Below are positions 1 to 7,779 of a stretch of 38,879 bases of DNA, piece by piece (positions within the stretch are counted from its first letter, which is position 1; the number at the start of each line of letters is the position of its first letter). The notes under the pieces were generated by a model, which was not told the DNA's origin, searched no databases, and worked only from the letters and a program-made list of their open reading frames with translations. The stretch spans positions 1 through 38,879 of the forward strand of contig CAYVPL010000002.1 of the NCBI GenBank assembly GCA_964453755.1. The letters run 5' to 3'. Position numbers and translations under genes: made by a program. This DNA comes from an uncultured Planctomycetales bacterium (GTDB taxonomy: Bacteria; Planctomycetota; UBA1135).

Positions 1-1076
1 GCAGCATTCTCTTTGACATTTGGCTGGCGGTCTTCGTCTTCCTGGCCTGGCTCGGCTTGCTGCGCGCCTGCCCCGCCGCGGCGGAGCGGGTCCCGGCGCC
101 GCGCAGCGGCTGGACGATCTTCGCCGTGGCCGTGGCCGCCGCCCTGCTCACGAAGGGTCCGGCGGCGCTGGTGTCGATCCTGCCGCCGGCCCTGCTGCAC
201 CCCTTCTGGGCCAGCCCCCGCGGCCGCGGCGCGCGGGCCTGGGCGGGCCTCGCACTCGCGACTCTCGCCGGCTGCGGGCTCGCGCTGGCCTGGGCCATTC
301 CCGCAGCGCGGGCGGGCGGCGCGGAGTACGGCAGCGCCATTCTTTACGGCCAGACCGCGGGCCGCCTGCAGGATTCCTTCGCTCACGCGCGGCCTTTCTG
401 GTGGTATCTCGCTCTGCTGCCCGTGCTCGCGCTGCCCTGGTTGGCCGCGCCGCCACTGTGGCGCCGCCGCGCGCGCGGCGCCGACGACGGCCGCTCGGCC
501 GCGCTCACGCGCTTCGGCGGATGCGCCTTTCTGCCTGCTTTGTTGATCTTCTCCGCCGTCAGCGGCAAGCAGCCCCATTACCTCTACCCGGCCCTCGGGG
601 GCCTGGCCCTGGCGGCAGCAGCGCGCCTGTCGGCTTCCCCCCCCCGCCCTGCCGCTGCGCCGGCGGATCCGGCGGCCTTGCCTCGCGTCCTGCGGCTGGC
701 CTTGCTGGGCCCGCTCGTGATCGCGGTCGGCTATCCGGCGCTGCGCCCGACGCTGCAGGAGCGCTACGACTTGCGGCAACCTGCGGCCGCCATCGCCGCC
801 GCTCAGGACGCCGGCCGGCCGACGGCCTTCTTCGGCGCGAAATACCACGGCCACTTCCATTTCCTCGGGCGCCTGCGCGCACCCGTGGCCAATCCTGGAT
901 CGCCGCGGGCGCAGCAGCGCTGGTTGGCGCAGAATCCGGACGGCCTGGTGGCCCTCCTGCTGGCGGCGGACGCCCAGGAGAGCCTGAGCGCAGGCGCGCT
1001 CAGCCTGCAGGCATTCGGCAGCCGGCGGCTGGCGCTCTGGCGCGCCGCCGACCTGGCCCCGCTGCTCGGCGACTGA
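1..1076 (+). CDS. ArnT/PMT_2-like GT-C glycosyltransferase (family 39/83 type), C-terminal part; 5' end lies outside the window
   Basis: Frame 3 is open from the window edge to TGA at 1074-1076; the track lists only the TTG-initiated part 57..1076. It has several hydrophobic helices (SILFDIWLAVFVFLAWLGLL, WTIFAVAVAAALL). The LTKGPAAL and SGKQPHYLYP motifs are typical of ArnT-like lipid-carrier-dependent glycosyltransferases. Confidence 0.65.
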   Translation, partial: SILFDIWLAVFVFLAWLGLLRACPAAAERVPAPRSGWTIFAVAVAAALLTKGPAALVSILPPALLHPFWASPRGRGARAWAGLALATLAGCGLALAWAIPAARAGGAEYGSAILYGQTAGRLQDSFAHARPFWWYLALLPVLALPWLAAPPLWRRRARGADDGRSAALTRFGGCAFLPALLIFSAVSGKQPHYLYPALGGLALAAAARLSASPPRPAAAPADPAALPRVLRLALLGPLVIAVGYPALRPTLQERYDLRQPAAAIAAAQDAGRPTAFFGAKYHGHFHFLGRLRAPVANPGSPRAQQRWLAQNPDGLVALLLAADAQESLSAGALSLQAFGSRRLALWRAADLAPLLGD

Positions 1077-1085
1077 CGGCGCTGC

Positions 1086-1601
1086 CTACCAGAGGAAGGA
1101 CAGACCGACGCCGGCCTGCGTCGTGAAGACTTCGTTCAATTCGAAGTTGCCGTTCGTGGCGCGCAGATAAGCCTCCAAGCCCAGATGGGCCAGGAAGTAC
1201 CACGAGGCACCGACGGCCGCCGAGAACTCCCAGCCGCTCTCGTCGTCGACGCCGTAATCCAGACCGGCAAAACTGATGCCTGCATCCAGCCACGGCCGCA
1301 CGCTCAACAGCGGATCGAAGTACCAGCGGTAGTAGGGACCGATCGAGGCGGTTTCGACGTCTTGATCGGGCATGTCGCCCGAGGTCATGCGCAGGCCGAA
1401 TTCGGAGTTCTCGCCGAGCAACATGCCGACGTCCGCGGTGATCACGTCCTGATCGGCGTCCGCGTCGTTGAGCGAGGTGTCATCCCAGAAATCCATGCCC
1501 AGGCCCAGGCGCCAGGCGCCGGGCTCGAAGCCGGATCCCGCGTTGGAGCAGGAGGCCAGCAGCCCCAGCACGACGGCGAGAAGCAACGGAGCAGTGCGCA
1601 T
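1086..1601 (-). CDS. small outer-membrane beta-barrel protein with a lipoprotein-type signal peptide
   Basis: 171 aa. The N-terminus MRTAPLLLAVVLGLLASC carries a lipobox LASC. The rest shows alternating hydrophobic/aromatic beta-strand patterns (YYRWYF, GASWYF). The C-terminus GVGLSFLW has the terminal aromatic residue typical of OM barrels. Confidence 0.6.
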   Translation of the reverse strand: MRTAPLLLAVVLGLLASCSNAGSGFEPGAWRLGLGMDFWDDTSLNDADADQDVITADVGMLLGENSEFGLRMTSGDMPDQDVETASIGPYYRWYFDPLLSVRPWLDAGISFAGLDYGVDDESGWEFSAAVGASWYFLAHLGLEAYLRATNGNFELNEVFTTQAGVGLSFLW

Positions 1602-1613
1602 GAGGAGTCCGGC

Positions 1614-2162
1614 CTACCAGAAGAAGGAGAATCCGATGCCCAGGTCGAGGGTGTCGCTCTCGATCCCGTCGTCGTAATCGCCGACCGATTGGCGCCCGAA
1701 GATCTCCGCCGCCACGGACTCGGTGATGAAGTGCGAGAGGCCCAGCGCCAGGAAGAGCACCGTGCCGCTGACGTCAACAGCGCTGTTGTCCACGCTGCCG
1801 GCGCCGCCGCCGACCTCGATCCACGGCCGGCTGGTGGCCTTGCTGGAGGTGTACCAGCGGCCGAACACCGCGACGCTCGAGGTGTCGGTCTCGACGGTGC
1901 CGTTGTCGGAGTTGGTGTACGCGCCGCGCAGGCCCAACTCGAGATTGGAGGTGAAGAAGCGGCCCAGATCGGCGCTGCCGCCGAGGGTGTCGGTGTCCGT
2001 TCCGTTGAATTCGTTGTCCTGGAAGTTCAGGTTCGCGCTGCCGCCCAGGCGATAGGTACCGGAGGCGAAAGCGGGCGCGTTCACGCCGGAATTCCAGGTG
2101 GAGCAGCTGGCGCCGGTCAGGGCGAGGGCTGCGAGGAGGGGCAGAATGGGCGTGCGAATCAT
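1614..2162 (-). CDS. small outer-membrane beta-barrel protein, tandem paralog of 1086..1601
   Basis: The first ATG is at 2162 (MIRTPILPLLAALALTGASC, lipobox GASC); the track start at 2174 is a TTG. The length class is the same as its neighbour. The C-terminus GIGFSFFW matches the neighbour's GVGLSFLW, and FGRWY parallels YYRWY. Confidence 0.6.
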   Translation of the reverse strand: MIRTPILPLLAALALTGASCSTWNSGVNAPAFASGTYRLGGSANLNFQDNEFNGTDTDTLGGSADLGRFFTSNLELGLRGAYTNSDNGTVETDTSSVAVFGRWYTSSKATSRPWIEVGGGAGSVDNSAVDVSGTVLFLALGLSHFITESVAAEIFGRQSVGDYDDGIESDTLDLGIGFSFFW

Positions 2163-2290
2163 GGGTCCGTGCAATCTGGCCGGGCCGCGGCCGGGTAAGG
2201 GAAGCGAAAAGCCTAGGCCGCCCCGCCAGGGCCGTCAATGCTTCCAGCCAGGGCGCCGGGCTTTGCCGGGTATCCTTGAGGAACCCGATC

Positions 2291-4582
2291 ATGCGCCAAC
2301 GCCTCCTCCCGATCCTGGCCGCCCTGACCCTCCTCGCCTCCCAGGCCCTGGCGACCTGGTCCCTGGTGGTTGTCAACCTCCGGACCGGGGAGGTGTGCAT
2401 CGCCTCGGCGACCTGCATCGAGAACTACGATCTGCTGAAGGCCATCGGCGTGATCACCAGCGAAGTCGGGGTGGGCGCCACCCAGTCCTTCGCGGTCTCG
2501 GCCGCCACGCGGCAGCGCATCCACACCCTGATGCTGGAAGGCGCTTCCCCGCAGGAAATTCTGGACATCATCGCGGTGGACGACCCGATGTGGCTGCGCC
2601 GGCAGATCGGGCTGGTGGACATGGCCGGGCGCGCGGTGAGCTACTCGGGCATCAACTGCGGCACCTGGTTCGGCGGCGTCACCGGCCAGCAAGGCGATTT
2701 CGTCTACGCCATTCAAGGCAACGTCCTGACCGGCGCGCCGGTCGTCGCCGACTGCGAGGCCGCCTTCCTGGCCACGCCGGGCGACATGGGCCAGAAAGTG
2801 ATGGCCGCCATGGAAGCCGCGATGGCCATGGGCGGCGACGGCCGCTGCTCCTGCTCCCCGGCCCAGCCGGAATCGTGCGGTTCGCCGCCGGTGCCGGGCG
2901 GCAAGAGCGCCCACATCGCCTGCTTCGTCATCGCGCGCCCCGGCGACAACGAGATCTGCGGCAGCCAGAACTGCACGGGCGGCGACTTCTATCTGCGCCT
3001 CAACTACATCAACTACGACCGCAACGATCCGGACCCGGTGCTGCTGATGCGCCCGGACTTCGACGCGTGGCGGGCCGCGCTGGATGGCCGCCCCGACGGC
3101 TCCCGCTCCACCGTCTGGCCGCCGGCCGCCGCGGCGACGGCCGGCGCCGGCGACGTGGTGTCTTACGTGCTCGACCTCAGCGACGTGAACGGCAACGCGG
3201 TGCAAAACGGCGGCGCCACGATCACGCTGGAGCACGACGCGCGCTCCGCCGGACTTTCATCGCTGCTCAACGTGACGGACCATCTCGACGGCACTTACAC
3301 CGTCGAAGTGCAGAGCGGCGCCGGTCCGGGCCTCGATTTCCTGCGCTTCGTCGTGGACGACGGCATTCGCGCCGTGACGCTGTGGCCGCCGGCCCGCCTG
3401 CTGCATGCCGCCCCCCCCTCCACGCCGACCGCGGCGGGCGCCGCCGTCGCCGGACTGACCGGCTTCCAGGATCTGATCGCCGCGCATCTTGCGCCGGACG
3501 GACTCAGCGCCTGGCTCATCGCCGATCAAGGGGCCGGCCGCGAACTTCTGCAATTCACGCGGCCCTCCGCGGGCGCCCCCTTCGGCGCGCCGGCCGCCTT
3601 CACGATCGGCGCCTTTCCGACGCAGCGCCTGACCGACGTGTGGGTGTCGGCCGACGGCCTGCGCACGACCTTCACCGCCTACGACCGGCCGCAAGGCGTG
3701 TCGCACGTGTACTCCTCGCAGCGCCCGGACCTCGTCAGCGATTTCGACGAGCCGATGCTGCTGCAAGCGCTCGACAGCGGCCTCGGCGAACAGGGCCTGG
3801 ACGTCTCCGACGACGAACTCGAAATCGTGTTCGCCTCGAAACGCGACGGCAACTGGGATCTGATGCGCGCGCGCCGGCTGAAGTCCAACGCCCGCTTCTT
3901 CCCGCCCGAGAAAATCGCGGCGCTCGCCACCGCGGACGATGAACTCAGTCCGGCCTGGGAAGCCGGCGACACGCGCCTGATCTTCAGCCGCGCGCCGGCC
4001 GGCGGCGATTCCTGGCTCTACACCTCCACGCGCGATCAGGACGACGCCTTCGGCGCCGCGCAACTCCTGGCAGGCATCGCCCCCGCCGACTCCGGCCAGA
4101 TCCAGGCCGTGGATCCGTCTGACAATTCCATCTGGGTGATCGAGCCGGGCGCGGGCGGCCGCGCGCTGGCCGCCTTCGGCCGCCCTTCGGGCTCGCTCGT
4201 CGCCAGCCAGAGCGCGCTCTCCGCCAGCGCGGGCGGCGCCGTGGACTTCGCCCTCGACGCCGGCGCGGCGCTCGGCCAGGCGCACTACAAAATGATGGCG
4301 GGCCTGCCCGGCAGTTCCATCTTCGATCCGGACACGGCCCTGCCCTTCGCGCGCTCGGGCCCGCTGGACGCGCTGCTCGCCGATCCGGCGCACGCGCATC
4401 TGTTCCAGGGCCTCAGCGGGCGCCTCGACGCGCAGGGCCGCGCGGCCGCGCGCTGGACCCTCCCGCCGGGCTTTCTGACCGGGCCGGGCATGATCGGCCG
4501 CAGCATTCAGGTGGCCTTCGGCGCCTTCGCCGGCAGCCTGCGCTTCGTCAGCGAAGCGCAGGGCATCACCATCGAGCCTTGA
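2291..4582 (+). CDS. secreted DUF1028-type Ntn-hydrolase domain fused to a long C-terminal region with PD40/TolB-like beta-propeller repeats
   Basis: ATG at 2291 is preceded by GAGGA at 2278-2282. The signal peptide MRQRLLPILAALTLLASQALA is followed directly by TWSLVVVN; the DUF1028 family begins with a T-F/W-S-I/L-V nucleophile motif. Downstream matches are GVGATQSF and YAIQGNVL. C-terminal repeats of the type DDELEIVFASKRDGNWDL and SPAWEAGDTRLIFSRAPAGGDSWLY resemble PD40 repeats. Confidence 0.65.
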   Translation: MRQRLLPILAALTLLASQALATWSLVVVNLRTGEVCIASATCIENYDLLKAIGVITSEVGVGATQSFAVSAATRQRIHTLMLEGASPQEILDIIAVDDPMWLRRQIGLVDMAGRAVSYSGINCGTWFGGVTGQQGDFVYAIQGNVLTGAPVVADCEAAFLATPGDMGQKVMAAMEAAMAMGGDGRCSCSPAQPESCGSPPVPGGKSAHIACFVIARPGDNEICGSQNCTGGDFYLRLNYINYDRNDPDPVLLMRPDFDAWRAALDGRPDGSRSTVWPPAAAATAGAGDVVSYVLDLSDVNGNAVQNGGATITLEHDARSAGLSSLLNVTDHLDGTYTVEVQSGAGPGLDFLRFVVDDGIRAVTLWPPARLLHAAPPSTPTAAGAAVAGLTGFQDLIAAHLAPDGLSAWLIADQGAGRELLQFTRPSAGAPFGAPAAFTIGAFPTQRLTDVWVSADGLRTTFTAYDRPQGVSHVYSSQRPDLVSDFDEPMLLQALDSGLGEQGLDVSDDELEIVFASKRDGNWDLMRARRLKSNARFFPPEKIAALATADDELSPAWEAGDTRLIFSRAPAGGDSWLYTSTRDQDDAFGAAQLLAGIAPADSGQIQAVDPSDNSIWVIEPGAGGRALAAFGRPSGSLVASQSALSASAGGAVDFALDAGAALGQAHYKMMAGLPGSSIFDPDTALPFARSGPLDALLADPAHAHLFQGLSGRLDAQGRAAARWTLPPGFLTGPGMIGRSIQVAFGAFAGSLRFVSEAQGITIEP

Positions 4583-4593
4583 CGCCGCGCGCC

Positions 4594-5805
4594 TCAGACG
4601 TCCGGATAGTACTCCTGGATGGACAAGACGCGGGGCGATGAGGCGCCGAAGTCGAACAGCCCCTGCAGTTCATCGGTCCACATGTCCTCGTCGTAGTCAA
4701 TCTGGATGTTGTTCAGCTGATCGATGTAGTTCAGGATCATCAGCGCCCCGGACTGAATCGTCAGGTTGTTGAGGTGCCCGGCCGAGTGAATCAGGAACAG
4801 GCCGTAGCCTTGGGTCTGGTTGTTGCTGTGCGTGACGTGCGCAGCCGGCGCGAAAACGCCCAGGTTCGGCACGACGCCGGCCGAGGTCGCCGAACCGATG
4901 TTGGTGCTCTTCCAGCTCAGCGTGTTGCGCGGCTCCGAGCGCGGCGTATAGGTGTCCTCGGAGTAGATGACGAGTCCCCCCTTGAGGTTGCACTTGTTCA
5001 ACGAGATGTGAGTTCCAGCCGGAACGTTCACCACCAAGGTCTTGGTCGTCGTCAAGTTGCTGATGCTGGAGGACGTGGTGATCATCACGTCAGGACCGGG
5101 CACGAGGAAGGAGTCCATGTTCCACTTCGGCGTCCGCACCGGATCGCTCAGCGTGACCCGCTCGTCGGCCGTGATGCCGTTCAACGGATCCTCGTAGGTG
5201 TAGAGCGTGCCCGACACGTCCACGTTGTTGGCCAGAATGGTCGGATCGCTGATCGGCGGCTGCATCCAGTCCTCGAAGGCGGCGCTCCAGTCATGCACGC
5301 CGTCCTCCTCGTCCACGACCAGGATGCCGCCCGCGTTCACTTGCACGTTGTTCATGTCCAAGTCGCCGCCGTAGGTGATCAGACCGCAATCCTTCAGCAG
5401 AGCGCTCGGCCCGCCCGATCCGAGGTCAATCTCGGACTGCAGAGTGCTGCGGGTCACGCCGTCCACGCCAGTCACCTGAAGCAAAAGGCCGCCCTCGGGG
5501 CCCTCACCGAGGACCTGTCCGGTGAAACTGCCGGCCGAGCCGAGCTGAATGGATTGCTGGCCGGTACCTTGCCAATCCGGATCCAGCACGAGCTGGCGCA
5601 TGCAGTAGGCCAGACCCGATTCGGCCAGGAGTTCTGCTTGCAGACCAGCAGCCTCGTCGCGCGCCACGTCCAACGCGGAGCCGGAGCCCAGCGAGAAACT
5701 GGAAGCGGTCAGTGACAGCAAGGAGATCAGCAGCAGGGCGACCAGAAAGACCGAACCGCGCTGGCGAGGCTGACGGCGGATCGGAATGGGTTGGCGAATT
5801 GACAT
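4594..5805 (-). CDS. PilX/GspK-like pseudopilin-type N-terminus with a probable beta-helical C-terminal domain (orphan)
   Basis: 403 aa. The N-terminus RRQPRQRGSVFLVALLLISLLSLTASSF, followed by AAGLQAELLAESGLAYCMRQL, resembles PilX_N/GspK N-terminal anchors. The C-terminal 250 aa is rich in N/S/T/V and looks repetitive and strand-like. The amino-acid composition is realistic and the GC is clearly lower than the flanks. Confidence 0.5.
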   Translation of the reverse strand: MSIRQPIPIRRQPRQRGSVFLVALLLISLLSLTASSFSLGSGSALDVARDEAAGLQAELLAESGLAYCMRQLVLDPDWQGTGQQSIQLGSAGSFTGQVLGEGPEGGLLLQVTGVDGVTRSTLQSEIDLGSGGPSALLKDCGLITYGGDLDMNNVQVNAGGILVVDEEDGVHDWSAAFEDWMQPPISDPTILANNVDVSGTLYTYEDPLNGITADERVTLSDPVRTPKWNMDSFLVPGPDVMITTSSSISNLTTTKTLVVNVPAGTHISLNKCNLKGGLVIYSEDTYTPRSEPRNTLSWKSTNIGSATSAGVVPNLGVFAPAAHVTHSNNQTQGYGLFLIHSAGHLNNLTIQSGALMILNYIDQLNNIQIDYDEDMWTDELQGLFDFGASSPRVLSIQEYYPDV

Positions 5806-5865
5806 GGCGGGATGGCCCGCCCGGCGGATGGCCGGGCACAGGGCTTCAAGCCATTGGCGGCCGAT

Positions 5866-6540
5866 TCAGGGGCGACTTGAGCCGGGCCGACGCAAGGGCC
5901 ACCGCATCCACCCTCCCTCGGGGCTGGTGCGCCGACCGCGCTGCTTGCCGGGAAAGCCCTCCGCGGCCTCCCGCGCGGGGCTCAGCGGCAGCCCGACCAG
6001 CAGGCTGCCCAGCCAGCGCTCGCACTCCTCCATGCCGGCCCAGCGCCGCAATGCGGGGTCGTTCAGGACCTGGGCGGTGCACCAATAAGTCCCGAGGCCG
6101 CGCGCCTCGCACGCGAGCAGCAGCGCCATGGCCGCGGCCGCGGCGGCGGAATGATGCTCCGGGTCGCGCGAGGCGCGTTCCGGCGCCGTCTCCGCCACGA
6201 AGGCGACCTGCACCAGCGCGCCGGCGCCGGCCAGGATGATCGGCAATTTGCCGACCTGCAACTGCGGGAACATCTCCGTCATGGCGTCGAGCGCATCGCG
6301 GTCGAGCACGGTGAAGCGCCAAGGCTCCGGCACCGCGTCGGAGGCGGCGTAGTGAAAGGGCGCCCAACCGGCGGCGGCGATGGCTTCGCGCAGAGCGCGG
6401 TCGAAATCGGCGCGCGCCGCGGCGCCGGCAGCGGCACCGGGCAGGCGCGCGCCGTCGAGCACCTTGCGCGTGCGACGCGCGCGCAGCAGGGCGTCGAGTT
6501 GCGCGGCGTCGGCCGGCGCGCTTGGCGATCCTGCTTCCAT
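5866..6540 (-). CDS. nitroreductase-family protein
   Basis: The real start is MEAGSPS at 6540 (cat at 6538-6540); the 355-aa track ORF adds an Arg-rich junk extension. RRTRKVLDG, then AAGWAPFHY ... PWRFTVLD, then a C-terminal ARGLGTYW, fit the nitroreductase fold pattern. Confidence 0.55.
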   Translation of the reverse strand: MEAGSPSAPADAAQLDALLRARRTRKVLDGARLPGAAAGAAARADFDRALREAIAAAGWAPFHYAASDAVPEPWRFTVLDRDALDAMTEMFPQLQVGKLPIILAGAGALVQVAFVAETAPERASRDPEHHSAAAAAAMALLLACEARGLGTYWCTAQVLNDPALRRWAGMEECERWLGSLLVGLPLSPAREAAEGFPGKQRGRRTSPEGGWMRWPLRRPGSSRP

Positions 6541-6569
6541 GCGGCGGATTCTACGCCGCGATGCCCGGC

Positions 6570-7277
6570 TCAGTCGTAGAGCGGCTCCTCGATGGCGCCG
6601 AAGATCCGCCACGGCACTTCGCCCTCGCGCGGATAGCGCCGCGCGGTGCTGGCGCGCAGGCTGCCGTCCGCCTCGAGCACGATTTCGGTGCCGGCGGCGA
6701 GGCGGCGCCCGTCCACGCGGCACGAGCGCGCGAGATGCAGGCACGACAAGCGGCCGCCGGCGTAGAACCACACCGGAAAGCGCGCGCTGCACGGCAGACC
6801 TTGGATTTCCGTGTCCACCTCGAGCGCGCGCCACCACTCCAGCACGCGGCCGTCGGCTGCCAGAGTCATGCGCGTGCCCGCGGGCAGGCTGATGCCGCCG
6901 GCCTGCACTTCCTGGAAGCAGACGCCGTTCCACACCGGTCCGTCTGGATGCAGGAAGGTGTTGCCAGGCCCGGCAGGGAAGCCGGCGATGCGGCGCGGCC
7001 GGGCGAGGGAGAGGAAGCGCAGATTGCCGTTGGGATAGAAGGAAATCGGGCTGCGGGCCCGCGCCTGCAAGCCGTGCACGGTGGTCGGCCCCGCCAGCGA
7101 GGCGCTGGCCAACTGGCCGTCCGGATGAAACTCGACTTCTTCGCCGGCCAGGCAGCGCAGGCCGTGGATCTCCGTCTCCTCGGCCAGGACGCCCCAGGCC
7201 AGGCTTTCGTTGGCGTGGAACTGCAGGCCGTGCTCCGCGAGGAGCTGAATGCCGCCGTGAGCGATCGTCTTGTTCAT
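6570..7277 (-). CDS. repeat protein with about seven ~24-aa MORN-variant/YwqK-like repeats
   Basis: The start is MNKTIAHGG at 7277. Recurrent units include HGLQFHANESLAWGVL, HGLRCLAGEEVEFHPDGQLASASL, ISFYPNGNLRFLSL, TFLHPDGPVWNGVC, FPVWFYAGGRLSCLHL and TEIVLEADGSLRAS. Confidence 0.5.
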   Translation of the reverse strand: MNKTIAHGGIQLLAEHGLQFHANESLAWGVLAEETEIHGLRCLAGEEVEFHPDGQLASASLAGPTTVHGLQARARSPISFYPNGNLRFLSLARPRRIAGFPAGPGNTFLHPDGPVWNGVCFQEVQAGGISLPAGTRMTLAADGRVLEWWRALEVDTEIQGLPCSARFPVWFYAGGRLSCLHLARSCRVDGRRLAAGTEIVLEADGSLRASTARRYPREGEVPWRIFGAIEEPLYD

Positions 7278-7416
7278 GCTGGCGGCGGCCGCGTCGACCG
7301 CCTTGCCCTTGTGACAGGGCCGGGGCCGGTTGTGTTCCTCAACCGGGGGCAATGGGGTAAGGTGGCTTGGGGGCAGGGACCGTCCCCGCCCCCCCTTCCC
7401 GACGACCTCGCGGACC

Positions 7417-7761
7417 ATGAAACACCTCCTGCTCCTGGGCCTGTTCCTGACCCTCCTCAGCCCGGCCGCGCCGGCTGGGCTGGCCGACGCCGCCGCGGGC
7501 GGCACGGTGACCGGCGTCGTTCTCGCGCGCTCCGGCCAGGCGGTGCCCGATGCCTTCGTGGGGATCGAGGTGAATCTGCCGAGCGGCCGCGTCTACACCG
7601 CGCGCACGCGCAGCGACGCCCACGGCCAGTTCGCCTTCCGCGACGTGCCGCCGGGAGCGGGCGTCGTGCGCGCCGCGCATCCGCGGGCGGGCCGCGGCCA
7701 CGCGCGCGTGGACGTGCGCAGCGGCCAGACCAGCAGCGTGCAGATCGTCCTGCGCCGCTAG
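7417..7761 (+). CDS. small secreted carboxypeptidase-regulatory-like (CarboxypepD_reg) domain protein
   Basis: ATG at 7417. The signal peptide is MKHLLLLGLFLTLLSPAAPAGLA. GTVTGVVLARSGQAVPDAFV ... TRSDAHGQFAFRDVPPG is the classic CarboxypepD_reg beta-sandwich pattern. Confidence 0.6.
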   Translation: MKHLLLLGLFLTLLSPAAPAGLADAAAGGTVTGVVLARSGQAVPDAFVGIEVNLPSGRVYTARTRSDAHGQFAFRDVPPGAGVVRAAHPRAGRGHARVDVRSGQTSSVQIVLRR

Positions 7762-7779
7762 CCGGTTGCGATCGCGACC

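Noticed and set aside
637-645. C9/G9 homopolymers at 637-645, 14185-14193, 21413-21421, 22203-22211 and 26198-26206 (plus C8 at 3411-3418), considered as possible phase-variation tracts.
   Set aside because: With G and C each near 0.35, my rough expectation is about 4-6 runs of 9 or more in 38.9 kb on both strands. That matches what is seen. Four of them simply encode Pro-Pro-Pro inside conserved genes. Only the intergenic or ambiguous G9 at 26198-26206 is kept as a low-level note.
5819-5837. A 7-bp hairpin, GCCCGGC-GGATG-GCCGGGC, between the nitroreductase stop and the PilX-like start.
   Set aside because: The stem is short and no U-tract follows on the transcribed (minus) strand. In DNA this GC-rich, such stems arise by chance, so I do not call it a terminator.
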